Positions 30,335 through 40,443 of a stretch of DNA of 64,000 nucleotides are shown in pieces (positions within the stretch are counted from its first letter, which is position 1; every line of letters starts with the position of its first letter). This DNA is from an uncultured Methanosarcinaceae archaeon (GTDB lineage Archaea; Halobacteriota; Methanosarcinia; Methanosarcinales; Methanosarcinaceae): positions 218,738 to 282,737 of the forward strand of contig CAVRJG010000039.1 in NCBI GenBank assembly GCA_963721455.1. Direction: 5' to 3'. The position numbers and the translations under genes are program-made. Under the pieces are notes generated by a model. The model was not told where the DNA came from. It did no database searches and saw only the letters and a program-made list of their open reading frames with translations.

Positions 30335-31521
30335 GATAAATACCCCAAGGATTTTTCAAACTTAAGAACTAGTGAATCCCACCCATAATCTTGAGTATAC
30401 TTTAATGATCTCTCACTGTATTTCCACATTAAATTAGTATTAATGAGTTCGATAGCCCTGTTCAAGGCTTCTTTAGGATCATTTATATATATAATTCCAC
30501 TATTATTGCCGAATTCCTTTTTAATTCCAGGAAGGCTTGTGGCTATGACTGGTTTTCCCATAGCCATATATTCATATAGCTTAATTGGTACAATATTCAT
30601 CATGATTTCATTCTTATAAGCCGGCAAAAGACATATGTCAGCAGCAGCAATATATGATGGAATCTGTTCAAAAGGCACTTTCCCGGTAAGAATTAATCTA
30701 TCCTTAAGATTTTCTTCGGTACTCATTTTGTGTAAAGTATTATAGAGATCACCGTCGCCAACAATCATTAACTTTGTAGAGTTGCCTTCAAAATTAGCAA
30801 GACTTTCAGCTACTTCTCTCATACCTGAAAATTCGTAAATCCAACCCATGAAAAATAATAGTGTATCATCCTTTTTTATATCGTATTTTTTTCGGATTAT
30901 TGAACCATCTATCTGTAAATTGAACTTATCAAGGTCAACTCCAGAAGGAAGAACATATACTTTATTCAGATTCCCCCCCATCTCCCCAACGTAATCTTTC
31001 AGTCCTTGATTAAGTACGAAAATTTTATCAGCACATCGAATATTACTTTTTTCAAATTGTTTTGCAATTGTCTGGGTTAATTTGCTAGGTAAAAGGCAAT
31101 GGAGATGATCCAAAAGATAATATACAAATGGAATCTTGTGCTTATTAGCATAGTGTAATCCTAGATACGCATTTAGGATGCCGAAAGCGATTATTACATC
31201 AGGCTTAAATTCTTTTATTTGCCTTTTTATTTCGATTGTATGGAAATATAAGATAGAAGCCATATCTAGACCAGAAATTTTAATCATTCCAGGTCTGATG
31301 AGAGTAATATTAGAATTTTCTAACGTCTTGTAGGCATTTTCAAATACCCTTCTGTGAGTAAAAATTTTCCTTTCAGAATTTTTTTTCCAAAGGTAGTCAT
31401 AGTCAATTACGCGAATTTTATGACCTCTTAAAGCCATTCGATCCATAAGATGATGCTGAGTATGAGGACCTCGTTTAATCCAATCAGTTTCCTGAATAAC
31501 CAATATTTTCATAATCCTCAC
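30331..31521 (-). CDS. GT4 glycosyltransferase (WbuB/CapL-like)
   Basis: PSGVD and PIKLYEYMAMGKPVI motifs; adjacent to the FucNAc synthesis genes. Confidence 0.88.
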   Translation of the reverse strand: MRIMKILVIQETDWIKRGPHTQHHLMDRMALRGHKIRVIDYDYLWKKNSERKIFTHRRVFENAYKTLENSNITLIRPGMIKISGLDMASILYFHTIEIKRQIKEFKPDVIIAFGILNAYLGLHYANKHKIPFVYYLLDHLHCLLPSKLTQTIAKQFEKSNIRCADKIFVLNQGLKDYVGEMGGNLNKVYVLPSGVDLDKFNLQIDGSIIRKKYDIKKDDTLLFFMGWIYEFSGMREVAESLANFEGNSTKLMIVGDGDLYNTLHKMSTEENLKDRLILTGKVPFEQIPSYIAAADICLLPAYKNEIMMNIVPIKLYEYMAMGKPVIATSLPGIKKEFGNNSGIIYINDPKEALNRAIELINTNLMWKYSERSLKYTQDYGWDSLVLKFEKSLGYLS

Positions 31522-31580
31522 GTCTAACTTTAAATTTTAAAATTCGAATATTTCAACAGTTAAGTCTTATCAGTTATTCA

Positions 31581-32705
31581 TCACAAATAATATTTTTTCT
31601 TCGGAACAATTTTATTCAACCCTACAACCAGTCTAATCACTTTGTCAGAAACGTTCTCTTCCTGATAATCCGAAGGATTTCTGAATTTAATGTTATTTTC
31701 TGCCTGTTCTCTAACAATCTCGATTGAGATTAATATTGTTTGGGGGTTTACACCAGTCAGTATAACATTACCAGTATCGAAGGCCTCAGGCCTTTCAGAG
31801 CTCTCTCTGACGACCAATGCAGGAATCCCCATTATCCCGGCGTCCTCATGAATAGTTCCACTATCAGAAAGGACACAATAAGCATTTTTTTGTAACTTCA
31901 CAAAATCAAACATCCCGAATGGTTTATGGAAATTAAATAGGTCACTCATCTTAGAATTCAGTTCATCAATACGGTTTCTTGTCCTGGGATGAGTTGAAAC
32001 GATTAGCGGATATCCATACTTGTTAGCTATGGATTCAAGAGCACTAAGGATCACTTTCAAATTAACGGGATTATCTACATTTTCTTCCCTGTGAATACTT
32101 ACGAGGAAATATTTTCCTTTCTCAAGATTCAACTCGTCAAGAATAGAAGAGCTTTCTATTTTGTGGAAGCTCGCTTTAAGGACTTCAGCCATTGGAGAGC
32201 CGGTAACATAAATACTGTCAGGGCTCAAGCCTTCTCGTAATAAATTCCTTCGAGCATGCTCTGTGTAAGGGAGATTGATGTCAGCTGTGTGATCTACAAT
32301 TCTCCGGTTTATTTCTTCAGGCACTCTGTCATCGAAACACCTATTTCCGGCTTCCATATGAAATATGGGAATTTTTAGTCTTTTAGCAACAATGCAGGAA
32401 AGAGCGCTATTCGTATCTCCAAGGATAAGTAATGCATCAGGCTTTTCCTTTAACATGACCTGTTCGGTTTGTGCCAGAATATTTCCGATTTGCCCTCCTA
32501 CAGAGCTGCTTTTTACGTTCAAAACGTAATCCGGTTTTCTGAGCTGAAGCTCGTCAAAAAATATTTGATTTAATTCATAATCGTAATTCTGGTTGGTATG
32601 CACAAGGACGTGATCCACAAATTTATCGAGTTTTTTAATAGTCTCTGAAAGGCGGATAATCTCTGGCCTTGTTCCAAGGATGGTCATCACTTTTAAATTA
32701 TTCAT
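31581..32705 (-). CDS. non-hydrolysing UDP-HexNAc 2-epimerase (CapG/FnlC/WbjD-type)
   Basis: GTRPEIIRLS, QNYDYELN, HMEAGNRCFD.RVPEEINR and SDSGT motifs. Confidence 0.92.
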   Translation of the reverse strand: MNNLKVMTILGTRPEIIRLSETIKKLDKFVDHVLVHTNQNYDYELNQIFFDELQLRKPDYVLNVKSSSVGGQIGNILAQTEQVMLKEKPDALLILGDTNSALSCIVAKRLKIPIFHMEAGNRCFDDRVPEEINRRIVDHTADINLPYTEHARRNLLREGLSPDSIYVTGSPMAEVLKASFHKIESSSILDELNLEKGKYFLVSIHREENVDNPVNLKVILSALESIANKYGYPLIVSTHPRTRNRIDELNSKMSDLFNFHKPFGMFDFVKLQKNAYCVLSDSGTIHEDAGIMGIPALVVRESSERPEAFDTGNVILTGVNPQTILISIEIVREQAENNIKFRNPSDYQEENVSDKVIRLVVGLNKIVPKKKYYL

Positions 32706-32709
32706 AATC

Positions 32710-33081
32710 TCACAAATCCTGGGGTCGGAATGTATCAGGATCCTTTTCGTCGTATTCTTCGCTTATTATGATCAGTAACTCACTGTCTTCCTCAGAACTC
32801 GAGTTAGTAATTATATGATTCTCGAAAGGATCGACTTTAATAAATTCGCTATTAGAATCATCAAGTATGATAGACTTAGAGAGTTTAGTATTGATATTTG
32901 TCAATTTTAGCTCACATTTTCCATGAAGGCAGCAAAACCATTCTTCTTTTCTTGTATGGTAATGATTCCCACGCCAGCTGCCCGGAGAAATAACCAAGTG
33001 GCTTAGTTGTCCAAATTTTACGTCATTTGCCCTTGCAAGTTCTTGAAAACTTCCTGTTTCATTTTTATGAACCGGATACAT
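32710..33081 (-). CDS. cupin sugar epimerase domain (equivalent to the CapF/FnlB C-terminal domain)
   Basis: GSFQEL, GQ.S and RGNHYHTRKEEWF motifs, and DPDT. Confidence 0.85.
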   Translation of the reverse strand: MYPVHKNETGSFQELARANDVKFGQLSHLVISPGSWRGNHYHTRKEEWFCCLHGKCELKLTNINTKLSKSIILDDSNSEFIKVDPFENHIITNSSSEEDSELLIIISEEYDEKDPDTFRPQDL

Positions 33082-33737
33082 CAGCCTACCTTCCTGTAAA
33101 AATCAAAACAAGCCTTCAATTTATCATGTTCGCCAAATCGATCTGTCAGGAGAGAGTAAATTTCACCAATTGAAAGTGTTTCTCCTTCAGGATACTTGTA
33201 AGAGTTAAACTCAGGGTTTAAAAATTCCTGGATCAAATCATCGATGTAAATAAACTCCCTTAGAACAGAGGGATCATGAATAGTCACCTGCTGTCCTTTA
33301 GAAAGCTGATAACAAAATGTGGCTACAACAGAGTTATAGAACGGTTTACCGCCTGGACCATAAACATTCGGAATTCTGAAAATACACCATTTAGTAGCTT
33401 TTTTGAGAAGTTCTTCTTCCAAAATTTTTGTAAAGCCATATTCGGAGTCAGGATTCCAGATAGTCTGCTGGGATGACGCAAAGATGATTTCAGGGAATTT
33501 ATTTTCTAATTTCATTGCAAGAATTATGTTGGCTGTTGAAACGAGATTGTTCTTTAAAATTTCCCCACAGTTCGCCCTATTCTTACCTGCCAGATGGTAA
33601 ATCCGATCACATTCCCGGACAAATTCCCTTACCTGAGCTATATTATTAAGATCTCCCTGAAAAATAAACGGATTTTCTAAAGCGTTTTTTAAGTGTGTAC
33701 CTATGAATCCATTTGCTCCAGTAATCCCAACCTTCAT
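33081..33737 (-). CDS. NAD(P)-dependent sugar reductase (equivalent to the CapF/FnlB N-terminal domain)
   Basis: ITGANGFIG, HLAGKNR, YGFTK and PNVYG...PFYNSVVATFC motifs. Confidence 0.88.
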   Translation of the reverse strand: MKVGITGANGFIGTHLKNALENPFIFQGDLNNIAQVREFVRECDRIYHLAGKNRANCGEILKNNLVSTANIILAMKLENKFPEIIFASSQQTIWNPDSEYGFTKILEEELLKKATKWCIFRIPNVYGPGGKPFYNSVVATFCYQLSKGQQVTIHDPSVLREFIYIDDLIQEFLNPEFNSYKYPEGETLSIGEIYSLLTDRFGEHDKLKACFDFYRKVG

Positions 33738-33749
33738 GCCAATACACCA

Positions 33750-34748
33750 TCACAAAAGTTCAGCTTTTTTAATTAACTTCAGAGTTTCTTCTATATTTAG
33801 TATAGTAGTATTGGCGGAAGTGAAAGGTTCAGCGATTTTACAATCTTTTCCGTGATAGAAATAGTCTCCAATATTACCATCGAGCCTTGGAATCTTCATA
33901 TACTCAATACCATTGTCAGTAAACGTTTTTGCTCGGCAAAGTTCTTCAGGTGTAAGGAGAGTTTCGTCCATCTTCTCTCCAGGACGAATTCCTATAATTT
34001 GTTTCTCAAGTGCTTTCCCATAGTTTAATTCAAGTGCATCAACAACTGTTTTAATGGTAGCTGCTGGAGGCCTTATAACAAAAAGATCACCACTTTGCCC
34101 AATTTCTAAACACTTTTTAGAAAGAGCGACAGCATGACTCAGGGGAAGCAAGAACCTTGTCATGTTTTCATTTGTTATAGTTAGGGGCAAATTATGCTGA
34201 GCCTTGTCGATGAATAGAGGAATTACAGATCCTCTTGAACCGATAACATTACCATACCTGAGGCTTACACAAGCAGTGTCTCCTCTGTGAGCACTCATTA
34301 ATTTTTCAGCAAGAGCTTTACTCATTCCATAAGCATTGATGGGGTAAACGGCTTTATCAGTACTAAGGTTTACTATTTTTTCAACACCACATTCTTCAGC
34401 AGCTTCAATAACATTTTTTGTACCGAGAACGTTGGTGTTAATAACTTCTTCAGGGAACTGTTCGCCAGTAGGAACGTGCTTCAAAGCGGCAGCATGCATT
34501 ACATAATCTACGTCTTTGAAATGTTTCAAAACTCTACTCTTGTCTCTGATATCACCTACAACATACTCGATATTATTATCGTTTCTTTCAACAAACATGT
34601 CATGCTGTTTTTTTTCATCTCTGCTGAAAACAACGAACTTTATATCACAATCTTTTGAGAAATCAATGAAAGCATTTCCAAAAGAGCCTGTACCGCCTGT
34701 AATTAATATTCTTTTTCCGTTTATCAGATTCATAAAATCACTTTCCAA
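33750..34748 (-). CDS. UDP-GlcNAc 4,6-dehydratase (CapE/FnlA/WbjB-type)
   Basis: TGGTGSFG, SRDEKKQ, HAAALKHVP, STDKAVYPINAYG and RYGNVIGSRGSVIP motifs. Confidence 0.93.
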   Translation of the reverse strand: MESDFMNLINGKRILITGGTGSFGNAFIDFSKDCDIKFVVFSRDEKKQHDMFVERNDNNIEYVVGDIRDKSRVLKHFKDVDYVMHAAALKHVPTGEQFPEEVINTNVLGTKNVIEAAEECGVEKIVNLSTDKAVYPINAYGMSKALAEKLMSAHRGDTACVSLRYGNVIGSRGSVIPLFIDKAQHNLPLTITNENMTRFLLPLSHAVALSKKCLEIGQSGDLFVIRPPAATIKTVVDALELNYGKALEKQIIGIRPGEKMDETLLTPEELCRAKTFTDNGIEYMKIPRLDGNIGDYFYHGKDCKIAEPFTSANTTILNIEETLKLIKKAELL

Positions 34749-34808
34749 AAATGACGGGTATTAAAATTAAGGTGGGGGTTGAAATCAGTATAAAATAATA
34801 TACTTCTC

Positions 34809-35780
34809 TTAAGCTACCCTCGCTTCCTTCATGATTGCAGATACCGAATGCAACAGGATTCCTGTAAGAGCCATGAAGGTTCCTACAACAATGAACAGAA
34901 CCATTAGCATAGTCGGTCCAAACTGTAAGCCTCCTCCCATAGTGAAGTTTTGCAAGAATACAGCACCCATGTAAAGGCCACCGACTCCAAGAGAAAGGCC
35001 AGGAACTGTGAAGTAGTAAAGGGGCTTGTTGAATTCGATATCTTTTAAGACCATAATGAAAACACCAAAACCATGTTTTATCGGGCTTATGGTTGAGCAG
35101 TCCACATCGTAACGGACGCCAATTTCGACTTCTTTTATGCGGAGGCTGGATTTGCCTGCGTCTGCAAGCATTTCGCTTTCTATTGCCATACCCTGGGCGT
35201 TGAAGCGGAAAATATCTTTTGTAGAGGCTGCAAAGGCACGAAAGCCACTCTGGGAATCTGTGATCTTGAGGCCTGAGTTTATATTGGTGAACCTGTCCAG
35301 GATTGTCTGCCCGAAGCGGCGGTAGATTGGAGTGTTTTTGTCCAGGCCGTTTAGATAGCGGCTGCCGTTGACCATATCTGCGCTGCCTTCAATGATGGGA
35401 GCGACGAGTTTCGGGATGTCGACGGGGTTGTGCTGGCCGTCTGAGTCCATGGTCACTATTATATCGGCTCCAAGGTCAGATGCGGCTGTAAAGCCGGTTT
35501 TGAGAGCTCCACCTTTTCCTTTGTTTATCTCGTGGACGATTACTTCGGCACCTGCTTTTCTGGCAACGTCGGCTGTGCGGTCTGAACTGCCATCGTCGAC
35601 CACGATCACGTTGTCTGCGTAGTTTCTGGTAAGGAGGACGATGCTTCCAATAGAGACCTCTTCATTGTAGGCTGGAAGGATCACCGTGATGTTTTGGGGG
35701 GCGGTGCCTCCCCTGCACGCTTTTCCCTCATTTTTACTCATGCGCCTGGCGCTTTTGCCCATAAGCAGTTCATTGTTCAT
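34809..35780 (-). CDS. GT2 polyprenol-phosphate glycosyltransferase (DPM1/ArnC-like) with two C-terminal TMs
   Basis: PAYNEE, VDDGSSD, NKGKG, DSDGQH and DSQSGFRA motifs. Confidence 0.9.
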   Translation of the reverse strand: MNNELLMGKSARRMSKNEGKACRGGTAPQNITVILPAYNEEVSIGSIVLLTRNYADNVIVVDDGSSDRTADVARKAGAEVIVHEINKGKGGALKTGFTAASDLGADIIVTMDSDGQHNPVDIPKLVAPIIEGSADMVNGSRYLNGLDKNTPIYRRFGQTILDRFTNINSGLKITDSQSGFRAFAASTKDIFRFNAQGMAIESEMLADAGKSSLRIKEVEIGVRYDVDCSTISPIKHGFGVFIMVLKDIEFNKPLYYFTVPGLSLGVGGLYMGAVFLQNFTMGGGLQFGPTMLMVLFIVVGTFMALTGILLHSVSAIMKEARVA

Positions 35781-35917
35781 TTTGAATGACCCCATAATGA
35801 TATTATGAAAATTATGAAAGAAATTGTAACTATTCAGACACCAGCGTAACAAAATTAATAGGCTGAATTTGCATGTTTTTCCCAGAGCAGGTGTCTGAAT
35901 AACTGAATAACATATAT

Positions 35918-36889
35918 TTATACAGTCTCGGTTTGCGTGGTCACCTCTGCCAGGGAATGCATCACAATTCCACTCATTGTCATATAGACCCCGGCAACAG
36001 CGAGGAAAACCATCAGGAATACCGACCAGCTATGCAGACCTTCTACTCCAAGGAGAAAGGCTTCAAGAAATTTCAAACCCATATAGAAGCCGCATGTAGC
36101 AAGGGCAAAACCTGGAACTGCATAGAAGTACAGCGGCTTATTGACCTCTATATCCTTTACTACATTCTTCAGGGCTCCAAGAATGTACTTGATCGGATCT
36201 CTGACCGGGTCTTCAAAATCATGAAAGGTCTTGATTTCGACTTCTTTTATGCGGAGGCCGGATTTGCCTGCGTCTGCAAGCATTTCACTTTCTATTGCCA
36301 TGCCCTGGGCGTCGAAGTGGAAGAGATCTTTTGCGGAAACCGCGAAGGCACGAAAGCCACTCTGGGAATCTGTGATCCTGAGGCCTGAGTTTATATTGAT
36401 GAACCTGTCCAGGATTGTCTGTCCGATGCGGCGGTAAACAGGAGTGTTTTTTCCCGGGCCGTTCAAATATTGGCTGCCGGTGACCATATCTGCACTTCCT
36501 TTAATAATTGGGGTAACGAGCCTGGGAATGTTGGCAGGGTTATGATGGCCTCCCGAGTCCATTGTCACAATTATATCAGCGCCAAGATCGGCTGCGGCTT
36601 TAAAGCCTGTTTCGAGAGCTGCACCTTTTCCCTTGTTAGACGTGTGTACGATCACTTCTGCCCCGGCTTTTTTTGCGATCTCGGCTGTTCGATCTGAGCT
36701 GCAGTCATCAATCACGACCACATTATCGGCATAGAGCCTGGTGAGAAGGATAATGCTTCCGATGGAGACTTCTTCATTGTAGGCAGGAAGGACCACCGTG
36801 ATATTTTGAGGGACTCTGCCCTTAGCACATCTATTTTCTTTACGGGCTGTAGACTGGATGCCCTTGCCCATAAACAGTTGGTTAATCAT
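35918..36889 (-). CDS. GT2 tandem paralog with degenerate DxD motif
   Basis: Highly similar to 34809-35780 but DSDGQH becomes DSGGHH and DDGS becomes DDCS. Confidence 0.85.
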   Translation of the reverse strand: MINQLFMGKGIQSTARKENRCAKGRVPQNITVVLPAYNEEVSIGSIILLTRLYADNVVVIDDCSSDRTAEIAKKAGAEVIVHTSNKGKGAALETGFKAAADLGADIIVTMDSGGHHNPANIPRLVTPIIKGSADMVTGSQYLNGPGKNTPVYRRIGQTILDRFININSGLRITDSQSGFRAFAVSAKDLFHFDAQGMAIESEMLADAGKSGLRIKEVEIKTFHDFEDPVRDPIKYILGALKNVVKDIEVNKPLYFYAVPGFALATCGFYMGLKFLEAFLLGVEGLHSWSVFLMVFLAVAGVYMTMSGIVMHSLAEVTTQTETV

Positions 36890-37599
36890 TTTGGATGACC
36901 CCTGAATGTATTATGTAAATAATGTAAATATTTTGTTTGTGTAAATGTTTTGAAAATATTTTAGAATTAATTTATGTATAAAGACCTTAAAGGCTATTTT
37001 ATCTGAATGAAATTAAGACCGTTGAATATGCCTCAAAATATTAATTTTTTAAAGTGTGATTTAGGAGAAGACTATATAAATTTATTTACCGCTGTAACAC
37101 AATAAAATAATAATTAAAAAATAGAAGTAGCGAGAGAACCTTTATCAAAATAAATGTAATATTATACGATTGAGCTAACGGTCTTTGAAAATCAGTCTTG
37201 ATTATAAGATCATAAGAATATAAATTTAGATCGATAAAGAAGATGAGTTTCAAAACCAACGTCATAGAAGCTCAGTACCTTCAACACTCCAGTCCCGCAG
37301 ACCTGGAGACATTCTTGAGAATTTATTTCAGATATCTGAAGGTTTAAGACTGCGCTATTATTACTCACTACTTGCCACACTTTCCCAATATTGGAAAGAA
37401 GAGGAAGGAAGCAAATTCTCAGAGATAAAACGGGTTGAATGAATCTGCCTGATCCAGAGGAAAAGAGGGGCATGAAAAAGTAAAGTCGGACAAAAAAAAT
37501 TCATGTAAATAAAATAGTTAAGCTGGCAGGCCAGATAAAATAATCCAGAGAATAAGTTAAGGAAAAGAGAGGTAAAGGAAAAGTAATAAAAGGAATTTA

Positions 37600-38570
37600 T
37601 TTAACGCTGTAATTTGCCAAAGTAATCTTTGACTTGCTCTTTGCACTCATCAGTATACTTTTTCATTTCTATTAACAGTTCATTCATCTCTTTAGATTGC
37701 TGTTAAATTCTCTTCAATTCAGTAAGTTCTCTCTGAGATGAGCGTTGCAGAGAGCGTGATCACATTCATAACGTTGTAGGATTTCATCATCATGAACTGC
37801 TATTCTTTAAACGGAAGAATTCATAGCACATTGCTTCTGACTCTTTTTGGATGAGCAAAATAACAGGTGTATTTGTATTAGAAGCTACGTGAAGCTAACG
37901 GCTTCTTTCTTGATATTCAGTCTTGATTATCGCAATGGATAACAGGAGAAGCTGTAAATTTAGCTCGAATAAGATTTTCAAATTCCTCAACGTCGGATAG
38001 ATGCTCGTTCTGCTTTAATTATGGTGGCAGTACAGATTTTAATCCCATAACATCGTCAAAGAACTGGAGATCATTCATAGAGAATAAACTGGTGGTTATT
38101 TCAGTATATTGCTGAAGGTAAAATATTAAGACCATATTGGACCGGATAATTCACAGATTCTTGAACAACAGCTTTATTTGATTTTGGACAGTGAGTACAG
38201 GTCTTAATCGACTTCGATGTTCAGAGACAATAAGATTTACAGGTTGAATGTCGAAAATCTGTCTGATCTCAGAAGCTTAACTTCAACATGCGCAAGAACA
38301 AGTCACAGTCTTCGCAGCAGTTCAAAGAATGTTCATTACTAATCAGGATAGTTAACCATTTCAAGAGTTGTTCTGGATGACTTCTTGACTCAGGTTTCTT
38401 ACTCTTTTTACGGGACTCTTGGGATTAGGTTTTTCTTTGACAAAAAAGTCAGTCGAAGGGGGTTTACTGCTGTTTCTGCTGTTTTGATTCAAGCGAGATT
38501 CTAGAATCCAGAGACGCTTTTAGTTCAGCAATTAGAAGAGTTTGTTCTTAATGAATAGCAAGTAATGAAT
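37600..38570 (-). pseudogene. decayed IS66-family transposase
   Basis: Minus-strand fragments LESRLNQNSRNSSKPPSTDFFVKEKPNPK (~38500) and ECDHALCNAHL...KEMNELLIEMKKYTDECK (~37700), broken by many frameshifts and stops; boundaries approximate. Confidence 0.78.
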
Positions 38571-38911
38571 AAGAAAACTATGAATAAAGTGAGAAGTGTT
38601 GGGTAGGAGAATGACAAACAAGTGGTATGGGATCGAATAGAGATGGGCATAAGAATTGGAGAAAAAATTCTGAATATTCCACATCTTGGCAAAAATAGAG
38701 CGAAAGAATAAAATGCATTAGAAAAATATTTAATCTCCTGAAAGAAACTGGGTCTTGTCCGTGAGTTATTGATCAGTTCTGAAAAAATGAGTACATCCAT
38801 CATGTTTGCGGAAAATGAATAGAGATTCTCATGCTTATGGGTTTCAATAACTCACCCCCACGACCAGAAACTGAAAAACATATAATTTTGATTACAAGCT
38901 GGATGACCTGC

Positions 38912-39855
38912 ATGACCGGAAAAAAAGTTCCCTCAGACCTCTTGACCGTTATGGGGCTCGTGCTCCTTACGAACATCTTTGTGCTCACTCCCGGACTAAG
39001 TGAAACTTGCTCCGGAGCATACTTGGGCTACCTCTTGTGCTTTTCCTGCCAGGGTATGCTCTGATTGCAGCACTCTTTCCTGCAAAATCTGATCTCGACG
39101 GGATCGAGCGGACAGCTCTCTCTTTCGGGCTGAGCATTGCAGTCGTGCCCCTGATAGGTCTTGGACTTAACTATACGCCGTGGGGAATCAGGCTCTTGCC
39201 AATCCTCATAAGCCTGTCCATTTTCACCTTTGTCACGTGCGGGCTTGCATATCTGAGGCGGACAAAGCTGCCGGACGCAGAGGCTTTCAATGTCCCCTTC
39301 AGGGCAGCTGTCCTTTCGCTCAAAGCCGGGATACTGGAAAAACCAGAGTCAAAGCTTGATAAGGCCCTTACGGCCTTCCTGGTTCTTTCTATTCTCCTGT
39401 CTGTAGCGGCCCTGATTTTTGTAGTTGTGAGCCCGAAAGAAGGAGAACATTTCACAGAGTTCTATATTCTTGGATCTGAAGGAAAGGCGGATAACTATTC
39501 CACAAAGTATATTCTCGGGGAGAACGGGACCGTAACAATGGGAATTGTAAACCATGAGTATAAGCCCATAAATTACACAATGGAAATAAAACTTGAAAAT
39601 GAATCGATGCCCCTCCCGGAGAATTTGCAACATATTACCCTTGCTCATAATGAGACATGGGAAGAATCAGTTTCTGTTACCCCTCCCTTCGAGGGAAAGA
39701 ATATGAAGCTTGAGTTCTTGCTCTTCAACGAGACCGAGAAAAATACGCCCTACAGAGACCTTCACCTCTGGATAGATGTAAACGCAACTGAAGCAATTGA
39801 GGGATTAGGAGTTCCGGAAGTGGGAGAGATAACTGTAAAGAGCCAAAAATCTTAA
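38912..39855 (+). pseudogene. DUF1616 membrane protein with a 1-nt frameshift near 39005 (or a sequencing error)
   Basis: MTGKKVPSDLL...TPGLSET (frame of 38831) continues as LRSILGLPLVLFLPGY (frame of 39007); colinear with the intact paralog 48980-49867; GEHFTEFYILG and PYRDLHLWI motifs. Confidence 0.75.
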
Positions 39856-40443
39856 ATTCTCAGGTTAGCAACCTCATATGCCGGCCTCTAAGCTATATCT
39901 ACCTGCAGCCCCAGGTTTTCATACTGGGGCACTCAATCATCCAGACTGAGCCATTTTCCTTTAAAAAACTCCCTGATATTACTCTTATAAAAGCTTTTCG
40001 CAGTCCATATATGAACTCATTATGAATATTCTTGCTTCCTGGCAGTGACTAACCTGCAAAAAATAGTTATATGTCAATAAGTTACGCCCGTTGTAGAGAA
40101 TGGGTAGTTGTTATATCAGCGAAACAAACGCTTTTACACTGCTCGTGCGGATCTGTGAGTTCCTTTTGCTTATGATTTCCAGCAGCTGGCTAAGGGCTGA
40201 AATATGAGAGGGCATGGATGAAAACTCTATTCTTCCCAGCCTCTCAGGACTTCGTAAAAATTCCTACCTATCATAAAAGCCGCTGACTGTAAACCAAAAT
40301 TTATATTGTACTTGCAATAAAGGGTTGTATACTATCAGGACTACACAATACCCCTGATAATTTATTGTAAAAAATGATAAAAAGCTTGTCAAGAAGTATA
40401 CAAAATAAATCTGAACTCGCTCTATTTGAAAAGGAGCTATTCC

